Counted from the stretch's first letter, positions 47,140 through 57,748 are shown. The stretch is 64,000 bases of DNA from Pseudomonadota bacterium (GCA_021816155.1 JAKAZA010000001.1:6018-70017), one strand, 5' to 3'. The notes: a model not told the origin generated them from the letters alone. Translations and numbers: made by a program.

Positions 47140-48198
47140 ATGCCCAAGCTTCATCCCGCCAGATTGGCGCTGGCGATGGTGGCCGCCCTCCTGGGCGCCG
47201 GCGCCGCGCTGTCGGGGGCGGATGCGAGGCCGCGCTCGCCGCCGGTGATCTATCCCCCGCCGCCGCCCATCCCGATGCCGAGCGTCGGGCTCGGCGCGAA
47301 GTTCGTTCGCGAGGCGGCGACGTACGAGGACTTCATGCGCGCGGCCTCGGCGATCTCGCCGAATTTCGCCAGCGCCGACGATGTCGAGAACGCCCTGAAC
47401 GTCGGCGCCGCCTTCGAGCCCGGACAACTGCGCCGCGGCGCCGTCGCCTACGCCGCGATCCAGATCCTGGCCGATTCCGCGTTCGTGGACGAGGTCCGCA
47501 AGGCCGGGCCGACGCCGGAGTCGCGGTATGCGCTCGTCGCGCGCATCTATTCCAATCCGGCGAACGCCCTCGATTTCCCTGACGGGCCGGCGGTCGCCGG
47601 GATCGCCAAGGCGGTGCTGGCCAATGGCGGCATGCAGCTGTTCGACGCTGGCGGCGGCGTCATTGGCGCAGCCTACACCATGCAGCATCAGGCCTGGTCG
47701 CTGTCCCAGGTGGCGGATCGAGACGCCCGATCGGCGAAGGTGCGCATGCTCTCGTCGACCGAGCGCACCGCGTCAGGCGACGAGGTCGCCGCGCTCGAGC
47801 GGCAGGTGGGCGGCGCCGCCGCGGACCCTCCGGCGCCTGCGGCGCGCCCCTATTCCCCGCTGGTTGTGCGCGCCGTCGCGCTGGCGGCGCTGGCGGCGAT
47901 CGGCCAGGCCGGCGACGACGCCGCGCACAACCTGGGCTGGCTCAGCGACGACTACTTCATGGATCACTGTCTCTCGGAGACGAAGCTGGCGCTGAACGAG
48001 TGCCTGGCGGTCGCTCGTCCGAGCTATGAGTACGCCTTCTGCCTCGGCCAGCATGCGATGCGCGACACCGGATCGTGCGTCGTCCGCGCCGCCGGGTCCA
48101 CCGTGCCCATCGACATCGCAGTGGCGCCGTCGCCGCACATCCCGCCGGCGCACGTGGGCGTGCACCGCCGAGTACGGCGCCGGCGGCGGCGGGGCTAA
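47140..48198 (+). CDS. Hypothetical secreted protein
   Basis: Signal peptide MPKLHPARLALAMVAALLGAGAALSGA, poly-Pro stretch, Cys-containing C-terminal part, poly-Arg tail. Composition is not shadow-like. No family recognised. Confidence 0.55.
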   Translation: MPKLHPARLALAMVAALLGAGAALSGADARPRSPPVIYPPPPPIPMPSVGLGAKFVREAATYEDFMRAASAISPNFASADDVENALNVGAAFEPGQLRRGAVAYAAIQILADSAFVDEVRKAGPTPESRYALVARIYSNPANALDFPDGPAVAGIAKAVLANGGMQLFDAGGGVIGAAYTMQHQAWSLSQVADRDARSAKVRMLSSTERTASGDEVAALERQVGGAAADPPAPAARPYSPLVVRAVALAALAAIGQAGDDAAHNLGWLSDDYFMDHCLSETKLALNECLAVARPSYEYAFCLGQHAMRDTGSCVVRAAGSTVPIDIAVAPSPHIPPAHVGVHRRVRRRRRRG

Positions 48199-48347
48199 CG
48201 TCCCCGCCTGGCCGGGCCGGCGGGCGTTGCATCGTGCTGGCGAGGCGTGTATCTAGCCGCGCTCTTTTAGGCCCCTGCCTCATGGCGCGAGGGTCTTTGG
48301 CGCCGTGCGGGCCTCTCGCGCGGCGGTTCGCATTTTGAGGCAACGCG

Positions 48348-48965
48348 ATGGCCGAGATCGTTCTGAATGTGGAAGTGCGCGAGAGCGCCGGATCGGGATC
48401 CGCGCGGGCGGTCCGTCGCGAAGGCAAGTTGCCGGGCGTGCTCTACGGCGGCGCCCGCGGTCCGGTCGCGATCGCCGTCGCCCATAACGAGTTCCGCAAG
48501 GCGCTCTACACCGGCAAGCTCCTGGGCCACCTGGTCACGCTGAAGTACGGCGACGAGACCCAGCCGGTGATCGCGAAGGCGGTGCAGTTCCACCCGGTCA
48601 CCGACGCGCCGGTGCATTTCGACCTCTACCGCGTCGACGAGCATCAGCTGATCCGCATTGCGGTGCCGGTGCACTTCCGCAATCAGGAAGCGTCTCCCGG
48701 GATCAAGCGCGGCGGCACGCTCAACATCAATCTCCACGAACTGGAGGTGATGGCGGCGGCGGACCACATCCCCGAAGAGATCATCATCGATCTGACTGGC
48801 CTCGAGATCGGCGATTCGGTCCGTGGCGGCGACGTGGCGTTGCCGACGGGCGTCGAACTCGTCGCGCACCTGCGAGAGGCGACGGTGGCTTCGATCGCAA
48901 GCTCGTCGGCGCTGCAGGCGGAGGAGGCGACGGAGGCCGCCGGCGGCGAGGCCGCGCAGGCCTGA
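48348..48965 (+). CDS. rplY: 50S ribosomal protein L25 / general stress protein Ctc
   Basis: RESAGSGSARAVRREGKLPGVLYGG...QFHPVTDAPVHFDLYRV... Confidence 0.9.
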   Translation: MAEIVLNVEVRESAGSGSARAVRREGKLPGVLYGGARGPVAIAVAHNEFRKALYTGKLLGHLVTLKYGDETQPVIAKAVQFHPVTDAPVHFDLYRVDEHQLIRIAVPVHFRNQEASPGIKRGGTLNINLHELEVMAAADHIPEEIIIDLTGLEIGDSVRGGDVALPTGVELVAHLREATVASIASSSALQAEEATEAAGGEAAQA

Positions 48966-48999
48966 GGGAGACGCCGGCCCGGCCGCGAGGCGCCTGACG

Positions 49000-49626
49000 A
49001 TGCTGCTGCTGGTCGGCCTCGGCAACCCCGAGGCCAGATACGCGCGCAACCGCCACAACTTCGGCTTCGCCGCTGTCCAGACGATCGCCGAGCGGTGGAA
49101 CTTCGGGCCCGAGAAGTCGCGCTTTTCGGGATTGGTGCGGGAGGGCGCGATCCCCACGCCATCCGGGCAGGTGAAGACGCTGACGCTGCGCCCGCAGACC
49201 TACTACAACGACAGCGGCAAGGCGGTGCAGCAGGCGCTGCGGTTCTACAAGGCCGAGCCTGGCGACGTGGTCGTGTTCTACGACGAGATCGATCTCGCGC
49301 CCGGGCGGTTCCGAATGAAGACCGGTGGCGGCGCTGCAGGCAACAACGGGGTGCGCTCCATCGCGGCCCATATCGGGCCGGATTTTCGGCGCGCGCGCCT
49401 TGGCACCGGTCATCCTGGGCACAAGGAACTGGTGATGGGCCACGTGCTCTCCGACTTCAGCAAGGCCGAAATCGAATGGGCCAGGCCGCTCCTGGCGGCG
49501 TGCGCCGACGCGCTGCCGCTGCTCGCGGCGGGCGAGGACGAGCGCTACCAGGCCGAGGTGTTGCGCCTCGCGCCGGCGCCGAAGCTCGATCCGCGCGCCA
49601 AGCCGCGCGGCGAGGGCGAAGATTGA
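49000..49626 (+). CDS. pth: Peptidyl-tRNA hydrolase
   Basis: MLLLVGLGNPEARYARNRHNFGF...VFYDEIDLAPGRFRMKTGGGAAGNNGVRS. Start trimmed to ATG 49000. Confidence 0.9.
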   Translation: MLLLVGLGNPEARYARNRHNFGFAAVQTIAERWNFGPEKSRFSGLVREGAIPTPSGQVKTLTLRPQTYYNDSGKAVQQALRFYKAEPGDVVVFYDEIDLAPGRFRMKTGGGAAGNNGVRSIAAHIGPDFRRARLGTGHPGHKELVMGHVLSDFSKAEIEWARPLLAACADALPLLAAGEDERYQAEVLRLAPAPKLDPRAKPRGEGED

Positions 49627-49677
49627 CCCCGCGCGGAAGGCCATGGGACTAGCCGCGCGGGAGATGGAGACGGCCGG

Positions 49678-50424
49678 ATGAGCTTCTACCTCGGCGGGCT
49701 GCTGTTCCTGCTGATCCCGGTCCTGCTCTGCGTGCACGTCGTCCGCACCGGCCAGCAGCTGTTCTGGATACTCATCATCCTGCTGCTGGGACCGATTGGC
49801 TGGGCTATCTACCTGATCGCGGTCGCGATCCCCGAGATGGCCGGCGGAGCGCGCGCGCAGAGGATGGGCATGGTGGCGCGCGACGCCCTCGACCCCGGCC
49901 GCGAGTACCGCCAGGCCAAGGCCGACGCCGACGAGAGCCCGACCGTCCACAACCAGATGCGTCTGGCCGCCGCCGCCGCTCATATGGGCCGCTGGGAGGA
50001 AGCCGAGCAGCTGTACCGCGTCGCCGCGCACGGCATCCACGCCGACGATCCGGCGCTGCTGCTTGGCCGGGCCAACGCGCTGATCGAGCTCGGCCGCGCC
50101 GCGGAGGCGCTGCCGCTGGTCGAAAGGCTGGCCGAGGAGCAGGCGGCCCGCAACCCGTCAACGGCGCTCGCCCAGGCCCGCGTGCTCGAAGCCGTCGGCC
50201 GTTTCGGCGAGGCCGAGGAAGCGTACCAGTTCGCCGCGGGCCGCCTTCCAGGCCTGGAGGCGATCGCCCGCTACGCCGCCTTCCTCGCCGCCACGGGACG
50301 GCGCGCGGAAGCCGCGGACAACCTCGCCGAGATCGACCGGCGCCTGCAGCGCGCCAATCCCCAGTTCCGCCGTGAGGGCCGGGCGTGGCGCGATCTGGCG
50401 GCCAATGCGATGGCGAGAGGTTGA
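49678..50424 (+). CDS. Membrane protein with PLDc_N-like N-terminal helices and a TPR-like C-terminal domain
   Basis: LLCVHVVRTGQQLFWILIILLLGPIGWAIYLIAV resembles the cardiolipin-synthase N-terminal (PLDc_N) motif. The rest is Ala/Leu/Glu/Arg helical repeats. Confidence 0.6.
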   Translation: MSFYLGGLLFLLIPVLLCVHVVRTGQQLFWILIILLLGPIGWAIYLIAVAIPEMAGGARAQRMGMVARDALDPGREYRQAKADADESPTVHNQMRLAAAAAHMGRWEEAEQLYRVAAHGIHADDPALLLGRANALIELGRAAEALPLVERLAEEQAARNPSTALAQARVLEAVGRFGEAEEAYQFAAGRLPGLEAIARYAAFLAATGRRAEAADNLAEIDRRLQRANPQFRREGRAWRDLAANAMARG

Positions 50425-50488
50425 CACCCGACGGGTGACGCACGAGATGCGCGCTCCATCGACGTCCCGGACCTAGCGCTCCAATTCC

Positions 50489-51586
50489 ATGGCCCTGAAA
50501 GTCGCGATCGTAGGCCTGCCGAATGTCGGCAAGTCGACCCTGTTCAATGCCCTCACGCAGACGGCCGCCGCCCAGGCGGCCAACTATCCGTTCTGCACGA
50601 TCGAACCGAACGTGGGCGATGTGGCCGTACCCGAACCTCGGCTGGACGTGCTGGCGAAGATCGCCAAGTCGAAGGAGATCATCCCGGCCCGGATCAACTT
50701 CGTCGATGTCGCGGGCCTCGTGCGCGGCGCCTCGCAGGGAGAGGGCCTCGGCAACCAGTTCCTCGCCAACATCCGTGACTGCGACGCCATCGCCTTCGTG
50801 GCGCGCTGCTTCGAGGACGGCGACGTCACGCACGTGGAGGGCCGCGTCGACCCGCTGGCGGACCTCGACATCATCGAGACCGAGTTGATGCTCGCGGACC
50901 TCGAAAGCCTTGAGAAGCGCGTGTCCAATCTGGAGAAGCGCGCCAAGGGCGGCGACAAGGAGAGCGCCGTGACGCTGCGGCTGGTCAGCCTGGCGCTGGC
51001 GGAGCTCAACGCCGGTCGGCCAGCGCGCGCGGCCAAGGTGGCCGACGACGACGCCAGGCCCTGGCGCATGCTGCAGCTGCTGACCTCCAAGCCGGCGCTG
51101 TACGTGTGCAATGTCGACGAGGCCTCGGCCGAGCGGGGAAACGCGCTCTCGGCGGCGGTGACCGAGCGGGCGGCGCGCGACGGCGCGAAGTCGGTGATGA
51201 TCTCGGCCAAGATCGAGAGTGAGATAGCGCAGCTCGACCCGGAGGAACGCTCCGAGTTCCTGGCGACGCTGGGTCTTGCCGAGCCTGGTCTCAACCGCAT
51301 GATCCGCGAGGCCTACGCGCTCCTGGGTCTGCAGACCTACTTCACGGCCGGCCCGAAGGAGTCGCGCGCCTGGACGATTCCGGTCGGCGCCACGGCCCCG
51401 GCGGCGGCCGGAGTCATCCACACGGACTTCGAGAAGGGCTTCATCCGCGCCGAGACGATCGCCTACGACGATTTCGTCCGCCTCGGCGGCGAGGCAGGCG
51501 CCAGGGAGGCCGGCAAGCTGCGCGCCGAGGGCAAGGACTACGTCGTGCGCGACGGCGACGTGATGCACTTCCGGTTCAACGTCTAG
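50489..51586 (+). CDS. ychF: Redox-regulated ATPase YchF
   Basis: VAIVGLPNVGKSTLFNAL, FVDVAGLVRGAS, C-terminal TGS region (DFEKGFIRAE...DGDVMHFRFN). Confidence 0.95.
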   Translation: MALKVAIVGLPNVGKSTLFNALTQTAAAQAANYPFCTIEPNVGDVAVPEPRLDVLAKIAKSKEIIPARINFVDVAGLVRGASQGEGLGNQFLANIRDCDAIAFVARCFEDGDVTHVEGRVDPLADLDIIETELMLADLESLEKRVSNLEKRAKGGDKESAVTLRLVSLALAELNAGRPARAAKVADDDARPWRMLQLLTSKPALYVCNVDEASAERGNALSAAVTERAARDGAKSVMISAKIESEIAQLDPEERSEFLATLGLAEPGLNRMIREAYALLGLQTYFTAGPKESRAWTIPVGATAPAAAGVIHTDFEKGFIRAETIAYDDFVRLGGEAGAREAGKLRAEGKDYVVRDGDVMHFRFNV

Positions 51587-51678
51587 AGCCGGGCGGACGG
51601 CTCCGCGCATCGCCCTCGTTGCGCCGCGCCCGGCTGCTCGGCTAGGGGTGACGTCCAGACGTGCAGGGAGAGGCGCCG

Positions 51679-52353
51679 ATGGGCGAGATGATCAGGATCA
51701 AGTCGGGCTTCGAGGACGGATTCGAGTTCCCAGCTTACCACGCAGCGCCTGCCGGTGGCCGCAAGGGCGGCGTCATCGTGATCCAGGAGATCTTCGGTAT
51801 CGACGAGCATGTGCGCCGCGACGTCGACCGCTGGGCCTCGCTCGGCTACGAGGCTGTGGCCCCGGGCCTCTACGAACGGCGCGAGCCCGGCTTCGTCGCC
51901 GGCCATGACGAAGCGGGCCTGAAGGCTGGAATCGCCCACGCCATGGCGACCCCGCGCGAGCAGGTGCTTGCTGACCTCGCCGCCTGCCGCGACTACCTTG
52001 CGCCGCGTGGCAAGGTGATGGTGGTGGGCTACTGCTACGGCGGTTCCTACGCCTGGTTCAGCGCTGGCATGCTGGACGGCATCGCGGCGGCCTCGAGCTA
52101 CTACGGCAGCATGGTTCAGGCGAACGCCTCGCTGACCCCCAGGTGCCCGACGATCGTCCACCTCGGCCGCCTGGACGCCGGCATCCCTGCCGACGCGGTC
52201 AAGGCCGCGGTCGAGGCGGCGAATCCCAGCGTGCCGGTCTACATCTACGAGGACGCCGGCCACGGCTTCAACAACGAGGACCCGGCCCGCCACTCCGCAG
52301 CGGCCGCCGAACTGGCCCGCAAGCGCACGCTCGAGCTGTTCGAGAGAGCGTGA
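51679..52353 (+). CDS. Dienelactone hydrolase family protein, copy 1
   Basis: VIVIQEIFGIDEHVRR, GYEAVAPGLYER, VVGYCYGG (Cys nucleophile), AGHGF. ATG 51679 follows GGGAGAGG. Confidence 0.85.
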   Translation: MGEMIRIKSGFEDGFEFPAYHAAPAGGRKGGVIVIQEIFGIDEHVRRDVDRWASLGYEAVAPGLYERREPGFVAGHDEAGLKAGIAHAMATPREQVLADLAACRDYLAPRGKVMVVGYCYGGSYAWFSAGMLDGIAAASSYYGSMVQANASLTPRCPTIVHLGRLDAGIPADAVKAAVEAANPSVPVYIYEDAGHGFNNEDPARHSAAAAELARKRTLELFERA

Positions 52354-53033
52354 TGGGCGAGACCCTCTCGCTCACCAGCCCGAGCGACGGCTTCGCCTTC
52401 GGCGCCTACCGCGCCCTGCACCAGGACGCGCGCCGCGGAGGGTTGGTCCTGATCCAGGAGATATTCGGAGTCACGGACCATATCCGTGAGCTTGCCGACG
52501 CCTTCGCCGCCGACGGCTACGAGACGCTCGCGCCGTCGCTCTACGACCGGCAGGCGCCAAGCTTTCAGGCTGGCTACGACCGCGCGGGGATCGAGGCGGC
52601 GCGTCGCTACTCCGAGGCCGCGCCGTGGGATCAGGTTGCGGGCGACCTGGCGGCGTGCGTGGCGGCGCTGGCGCAGCCCGTATTCGTCGTCGGCTACTGT
52701 TGGGGCGGCGCGGCGACGTGGCTCGCCGCCTGCCGCTGCGAGGGGGTCGCGGCCGCCTCGAGCTTCTACGGACGGCGGATTCCCGAGCTGATCGCCGAGA
52801 CCCCGCATTGCCCGATCATCCTGCACTTCGGGATGCGCGATCCGACGATCCCGCCAGCCACCGTCGAGGCCATCGCCGCCGCTCATCCGGACGTCCCCGT
52901 CTACCGTTATGACGCCGGCCACGGCTTCGTCTCCGACCGGCGCGCCGATTACGACGCCGACTGCGCCCGTCTGGCTCGCCTGCGCACGCTGCAGCTGTTC
53001 TCGATGCACGGCGGCGGCCGGGGAGACATCTGA
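52353..53033 (+). CDS. Dienelactone hydrolase family protein, copy 2
   Basis: LVLIQEIFGVTDHIRE, GYETLAPSLYDR, VVGYCWGG, AGHGF. ATG 52353 overlaps the stop of copy 1 (TGATG). Confidence 0.85.
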   Translation: MGETLSLTSPSDGFAFGAYRALHQDARRGGLVLIQEIFGVTDHIRELADAFAADGYETLAPSLYDRQAPSFQAGYDRAGIEAARRYSEAAPWDQVAGDLAACVAALAQPVFVVGYCWGGAATWLAACRCEGVAAASSFYGRRIPELIAETPHCPIILHFGMRDPTIPPATVEAIAAAHPDVPVYRYDAGHGFVSDRRADYDADCARLARLRTLQLFSMHGGGRGDI

Positions 53034-53056
53034 GCGTCGCCGCGTGGCGCCCCCGT

Positions 53057-53530
53057 TCAGGCCGGACCCTCGATGCGTGAGCGCAGAGCAGGGTCGCGCT
53101 CGATCCGCCGCACCAACACCGCCTGGGCCAGAAGCACGCCCACGCCGGCGGCGTAGGCGGTGAAGGCGCTGGTCGGGAATCGGCCGCCGTGCGCCGCGTC
53201 GGTGGTGTCGCTGTAGATGAACGCCGCCGCCACGCCGAGCACCAACGTCACCGCCAGGACCGAGATCACGCTCTGGCCGAAGCCCGTGCGGAAGCTGATC
53301 CAGATATGGGCCTTCATGAGCCCCCGCAGGGACGGGGTCGCAAGCAGGATCACCAGCGTCGCCAGGAACCAGGCGCCTGGATAGAGCAGCATCCACACGA
53401 GCTTGTACTTCGGGGTCCAAGGCAGCACGGACCAGCCGTAGGTCGCGGCCGCCGCATAGATCAGCGCTCCGGCCGCGAAAGCCGAATATTGCATCCGGCG
53501 AAACAGACGCCACGAGACGCTGACACCCAT
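53057..53530 (-). CDS. Hypothetical integral membrane protein
   Basis: 157 aa with about four hydrophobic helices and a Trp/Tyr/Leu-rich, non-shadow composition. No family recognised. Confidence 0.55.
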   Translation of the reverse strand: MGVSVSWRLFRRMQYSAFAAGALIYAAAATYGWSVLPWTPKYKLVWMLLYPGAWFLATLVILLATPSLRGLMKAHIWISFRTGFGQSVISVLAVTLVLGVAAAFIYSDTTDAAHGGRFPTSAFTAYAAGVGVLLAQAVLVRRIERDPALRSRIEGPA

Positions 53531-53581
53531 CCCTTTTAATGTGGCGATCCAGCCCGGCAGCGAAAGGGGGGACTTGCGGTT

Positions 53582-54109
53582 TCAGGCGCCTTCGAAGGCC
53601 ACCAGCGTCGAGACCCTCACGCCCTCGGCGCTAAGCTTGGCTGCGCCGCCGAGCTGAGGCAGATCGACGACAAAGCAGGCCGCGACGATCTCGGCGCCGG
53701 CCTCGCGCAGCAGCTTCACGGCCGCCAGGGCCGTGCCGCCGGTGGCGATCAGGTCGTCGACCAGCATCACCCGCTCGCCGTCACGCACCGCGTCCAGGTG
53801 CATCTCCATGGCGTCCGAGCCGTACTCGAGCGCGTACTCCACCGCTCGCGTCTGGTGCGGCAGCTTGCCCTTCTTGCGCAGCGGGACGAAGCCTGCAGAC
53901 AGCTGGTGCGCCACCGCGCCGCCCAGGATGAAGCCGCGCGCCTCGATCCCCGCCACCTTGTCGATCTTGGCGCCGGCGAAGGGCTGAACCAGTTCGTCGA
54001 CCGCGCGGCGGAAGGCGCGGGCGTCTCCAAGCAGCGTCGTGATATCGCGGAACATGACCCCTGGCGTCGGGTAGTCCGGGATCGTGCGGATGGTCTGGGC
54101 GAGGTTCAA
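53582..54109 (-). CDS. apt: Adenine phosphoribosyltransferase
   Basis: (TTG)[26 protein letters not shown]...[12 protein letters not shown]...[14 protein letters not shown]. Start set to TTG 54109, in frame. The 448-aa track ORF is an Arg/Ala/Pro-rich upstream extension. Confidence 0.9.
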   Translation of the reverse strand: MNLAQTIRTIPDYPTPGVMFRDITTLLGDARAFRRAVDELVQPFAGAKIDKVAGIEARGFILGGAVAHQLSAGFVPLRKKGKLPHQTRAVEYALEYGSDAMEMHLDAVRDGERVMLVDDLIATGGTALAAVKLLREAGAEIVAACFVVDLPQLGGAAKLSAEGVRVSTLVAFEGA

Positions 54110-54200
54110 CGCTGGCGCCGTCCTTTCCGCCGCAGGCGGCCCGAAGCGGTCGGCAGCCGTCCTTGGCGCGGCCTTATCGCCGACGCGGGCGCGCTTGGCT

Positions 54201-54998
54201 ATGGTGGGCTCCGCGATGCTTCGCCGGACCGCCGCTTTCGCCCTCGCCATGGCCAGTCTGGCGACGTCCGCCGCCCGCGGGGGCGAGGCGCGTTGCTGGC
54301 TCGACCGCGGCGCGGTGGTTGTCTCGGCGAGAGCGGGCGATATCGCCGGCGACTTCCTCCTCGATCTGTCCGCGCCCGCCAGCGCGCTGGAGACGGACGT
54401 GGCCGCTGCGCACGGCGTCGGTGGCCCAATCTGGCGACAAACGCTGTGGCTTGGCCGGACACGGCGCCCGGTTACGTTCGCCGTGCGTCCGCTCGACGCC
54501 CGCACGCTGGGCCTCCCGACGACGCTCAACGGCCTCATCGGCGCCGATGCTGTGGCGGGCGACGTGGCGGACTTGCGTGTGGCGCCCTGTCGCCTCGAGG
54601 TCTGGCGCGGGCGCGCGCCGTGGCGCCGGGCGCTCGCGTGGCTGCCATTGCGTGTGGTGGGCGGCGTGCCGGCCGTGCAGGCGACCGTGAGCGACGGCGT
54701 GCGGCGCGTCACCGGGCTCTTCGCGATCGACACCGGGACGGCCGGCGTGCGCCTCTCGCCCGACCTGGCGCGGCTCGACCGCCAGCCGTCTTCGGGCGCC
54801 GACCCCGCTTCGCGGCTGGCGCCGCCCGCCCGCCTGGCGGACCTTACGCTCGGTCGCCGGGTGTTCCACGACGTGCCGGCCGCGATCGAAAGCGCGCCGA
54901 CGCCCGGGCTCGCCGGAACCATCGGCACGGCCGTTTGGTCGCATTACACTGTCAGGCTGGACTCCGGGCGGCGGCGCCTGGTCCTGGCGCCGCCCTGA
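54201..54998 (+). CDS. Secreted retropepsin-like (clan AA) aspartic protease-like protein
   Basis: Signal-like [34 protein letters not shown] (D-T-G) in the C-terminal half and [12 protein letters not shown] in the N-terminal half. Composition is Ala/Arg-rich, so coding confidence is moderate. Confidence 0.5.
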   Translation: MVGSAMLRRTAAFALAMASLATSAARGGEARCWLDRGAVVVSARAGDIAGDFLLDLSAPASALETDVAAAHGVGGPIWRQTLWLGRTRRPVTFAVRPLDARTLGLPTTLNGLIGADAVAGDVADLRVAPCRLEVWRGRAPWRRALAWLPLRVVGGVPAVQATVSDGVRRVTGLFAIDTGTAGVRLSPDLARLDRQPSSGADPASRLAPPARLADLTLGRRVFHDVPAAIESAPTPGLAGTIGTAVWSHYTVRLDSGRRRLVLAPP

Positions 54999-55008
54999 GC
55001 GCCGATCG

Positions 55009-55866
55009 TCAGTGCGCCACGTGGCGCCAGATGCGGCGGTAGCTCGCGTAGAGAAGGCCCGAGAACAGGAACAGGTAGATCATAACCGCCAAGCCGAGCT
55101 GCTTGCGCTGGTCCATCTTGGGATCTGACGCCCACTGCAGGAAGGCCGCAACGTCCTTCGCTTCCTGGTCGAGCTTGCATGGCGTGCCGTCGTCGAACGT
55201 GACCTTGCAGTCGGTCAGGGGCGGCGGCATCGAGATGAAGCCGCCGGGCGGCGTCGGGCCGGTTCCATGCCAGTTCGCCGTGACGTCGCCCGGGAAGTAG
55301 GGGTTGTAGTACTTGCCCGGCGGCACATCGAGGCCGGCCGGAGGCGCCGCAAAGCCCGTGACGATCGAATAGACGTAATTGGGGCCGCCGTCGCGGGCGC
55401 TGACCAGCAGAGACATGTCGGGCGGCAGCGCGCCGCCGTTGGAGGCGCGGGCGGCGGCGTCGTTCGGGAACGGCGGTACGAGCACATCCGCCGTGGTCGG
55501 CGGCCGGTGCGTCTCATCGCCGGTGTCCGAGTTGATCGTGCTGACCTGCCGGGGCCATCCGGCGGCGATCGCCTTGACCCAGGGATTGTCGTTGGAGTTC
55601 GGGTACTTCGGATTCCACCACGGGCCGCCGGGCTCGCCGAGGTCGTGGAACGCTACGTAGTTCATCGAGTGGCATGCCGAGCAGACCTGCTCGTAGACCT
55701 TGAAGCCGCGTTGGAGCTGGCCCTGGTCGTACATGCCGAACGGGCCGTTGAACGACCACGACTGAACCTTGGGTTCGAGCGAGCTGGTCGCGGCGAAGGC
55801 GGGGGCGGCGATGGCGCCTACGACCGCGGCCAGAGCTAGGACTTTGCGAAGCATCGGTCGGGTCAA
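55009..55866 (-). CDS. petC: Cytochrome c1
   Basis: Signal peptide, heme motif VCSACHSM, C-terminal TM anchor ([20 protein letters not shown]). 4-nt overlap with petB. Confidence 0.9.
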   Translation of the reverse strand: MTRPMLRKVLALAAVVGAIAAPAFAATSSLEPKVQSWSFNGPFGMYDQGQLQRGFKVYEQVCSACHSMNYVAFHDLGEPGGPWWNPKYPNSNDNPWVKAIAAGWPRQVSTINSDTGDETHRPPTTADVLVPPFPNDAAARASNGGALPPDMSLLVSARDGGPNYVYSIVTGFAAPPAGLDVPPGKYYNPYFPGDVTANWHGTGPTPPGGFISMPPPLTDCKVTFDDGTPCKLDQEAKDVAAFLQWASDPKMDQRKQLGLAVMIYLFLFSGLLYASYRRIWRHVAH

Positions 55867-57179
55867 CCCTTCTTCTCAGGCGAGGCGGTCGCGCCGGCGG
55901 GGGGCGCGGCTGGATGAGACAGCACCGGCGACGAGATCGACTCCGGCACAGGCAGCGGCGTTTCGCGCAGGCCCAGGATCGGCGTGATCACCAGGAAGTA
56001 GACGAAGTAGTATGCGGCCGCGATCCGGCTCAGCCACACGTACGTGTTCAGATCGGAGTCGAGTAGGTTGAACGTGGTCAGCCCCGGGATGACCTGTTCG
56101 TTCGGCTCATGCGCCCCGCAGAAGCCGAGGACGAGGCAGTCGACCACGAAGATGAAAAAATAGAGCTTGGCCTGCGGTCGGTAGCGCATCGAGCGCACCC
56201 GCGAGGTGTCGAGGAACGGCAGCGCGAAGATGCAGGCGATCGCGCCGGCCAGTGCGATGACGCCGCTCAGCTTGTCCGGGATGGCGCGCAGGATGGCGTA
56301 GTAGGGCAGCAGATACCACTCGGGGACGATGTGCGCCGGCGTCTGCAGCGGATTGGCCGGGATGTTGTTGTCCGTGTCCAGCAGTGCGTTCGGCATGTAG
56401 AACACGAACACCGCGAACAGGATCATGAACAGCGCTATCGCGAAGCCGTCCTTCACCGTGTAGTACGGATGGAAAGGCACCGTGTCCGACTTGCTCTTTA
56501 CGTCGACGCCGAGCGGATTCGAGTTGCCCGGCACGTGCAGCGCCCAGATGTGCAGCCCCACTAGCGCCGCGATGATGAACGGGAACAGGTAGTGCAGCGA
56601 GAAGAAGCGGTTCAGTGTCGGCGCGTCGACGGTGAAGCCGCCCACCAGCCAGGTGGTGATCGAAGGACCGATCACAGGCACCGCGCCGACGATGCTGGTG
56701 ATGACCTTGGCGCCCCAGAAGCTCATGTTGCCCCAGGGCAGCACGTAGCCGAAGAACGCCGTGGCCATCATCACCAGATAGATCGCGGCGCCGATCAGCC
56801 ACAGCAGCTCGCGCGGGGCCTTGTAGGAGCCGTAGTAGATGCCGCGGAAGATGTGGATGTAGACCGCGACGAAGAACATCGAGGCGCCGGTCGTGTGGAT
56901 GTAACGGATCAGCCAACCGTAGTCGACATTGCGCATGATGCCCTGGAGGGAGGAGAACGCGCCGGTTCCCGACGGATCGAAGTGCATCGCCAGGATGACG
57001 CCGGTGACGATCTGGGTCACCAGGCAGAAGGCGAGGATGCCTCCGAACGTCCACCAGTAGTTCAGGTTCTTCGGCGTCGGGAAATCCATCAGGTCGACGC
57101 CGAAGCGGATTATGGGCAGCCGCGTGTCGATCCAGCGTTCGACGGCCGTTTTCGGCTCGTAGGTAGAGTGTCCGCTCAT
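55863..57179 (-). CDS. petB: Cytochrome b
   Basis: [23 protein letters not shown]...[12 protein letters not shown]...[12 protein letters not shown]...[13 protein letters not shown]. Start trimmed to ATG 57179. Confidence 0.95.
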   Translation of the reverse strand: MSGHSTYEPKTAVERWIDTRLPIIRFGVDLMDFPTPKNLNYWWTFGGILAFCLVTQIVTGVILAMHFDPSGTGAFSSLQGIMRNVDYGWLIRYIHTTGASMFFVAVYIHIFRGIYYGSYKAPRELLWLIGAAIYLVMMATAFFGYVLPWGNMSFWGAKVITSIVGAVPVIGPSITTWLVGGFTVDAPTLNRFFSLHYLFPFIIAALVGLHIWALHVPGNSNPLGVDVKSKSDTVPFHPYYTVKDGFAIALFMILFAVFVFYMPNALLDTDNNIPANPLQTPAHIVPEWYLLPYYAILRAIPDKLSGVIALAGAIACIFALPFLDTSRVRSMRYRPQAKLYFFIFVVDCLVLGFCGAHEPNEQVIPGLTTFNLLDSDLNTYVWLSRIAAAYYFVYFLVITPILGLRETPLPVPESISSPVLSHPAAPPAGATASPEKKG

Positions 57180-57187
57180 GCTCTCTC

Positions 57188-57748
57188 TCAGCCGACTTTG
57201 ATCTTGGTGTCGGTCTCGAAGACGTAATCGGGCACGGCCAGGTTCAGCGGCGCCGGCCCCCTGCGAATGCGTCCCGAGGTGTCGTACACCGAACCGTGGC
57301 AGGGGCAGAGCCAGCCGCCATAGTGGCCCGGGGCCAAGTTGCCGCCGTCGAAGCCGGGCGTGCAGCCCAGGTGCGTACAGACGCCGATCAGAACCAGCCA
57401 CTCCGCCTTGCCGGGCTTCACGCGCGAAGCGTCGGTGGCCGGGTCGCGCAGGTCGGCGTGATCGCCGGCCACCGCCTCGGCGATCTCCTGCGGCGTGCGG
57501 TGGCGCACGAACAGCGGCTGCTTGCGATAGAGCAGCACGACCTGCTGGCCCAGCGGCACCTTGTCGACGTCGTACTCGATGGACGACAGCGCCAGGGTGT
57601 CGGCCGACGGGTTCATCTGGTCGATCAAAGGCCAGGCCACGGCCGCGACGCCGCCGACGGCCGCAGCCATGGCGGCGATATGGATGAAATCCCGCCGGTC
57701 CTGATCCGGCGCCTCGTCCGCGTGTGCGCCCACTACGCTCTCGGCCAC
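57188..57748 (-). CDS. petA: Ubiquinol-cytochrome c reductase Rieske iron-sulfur subunit
   Basis: Tat-like RRDFIHIAA, Rieske boxes CTHLGCTP and CPCHGSVYD. Start set to in-frame GTG 57748. Confidence 0.9.
   Translation of the reverse strand: MAESVVGAHADEAPDQDRRDFIHIAAMAAAVGGVAAVAWPLIDQMNPSADTLALSSIEYDVDKVPLGQQVVLLYRKQPLFVRHRTPQEIAEAVAGDHADLRDPATDASRVKPGKAEWLVLIGVCTHLGCTPGFDGGNLAPGHYGGWLCPCHGSVYDTSGRIRRGPAPLNLAVPDYVFETDTKIKVG

Noticed and set aside
54110-54928. Upstream 273 codons of the 448-aa ORF containing apt
   Set aside because: It is an Arg/Ala/Pro/Ser-rich extension that overlaps the opposite-strand protease-like gene. Apt homology begins at the TTG codon 54109.
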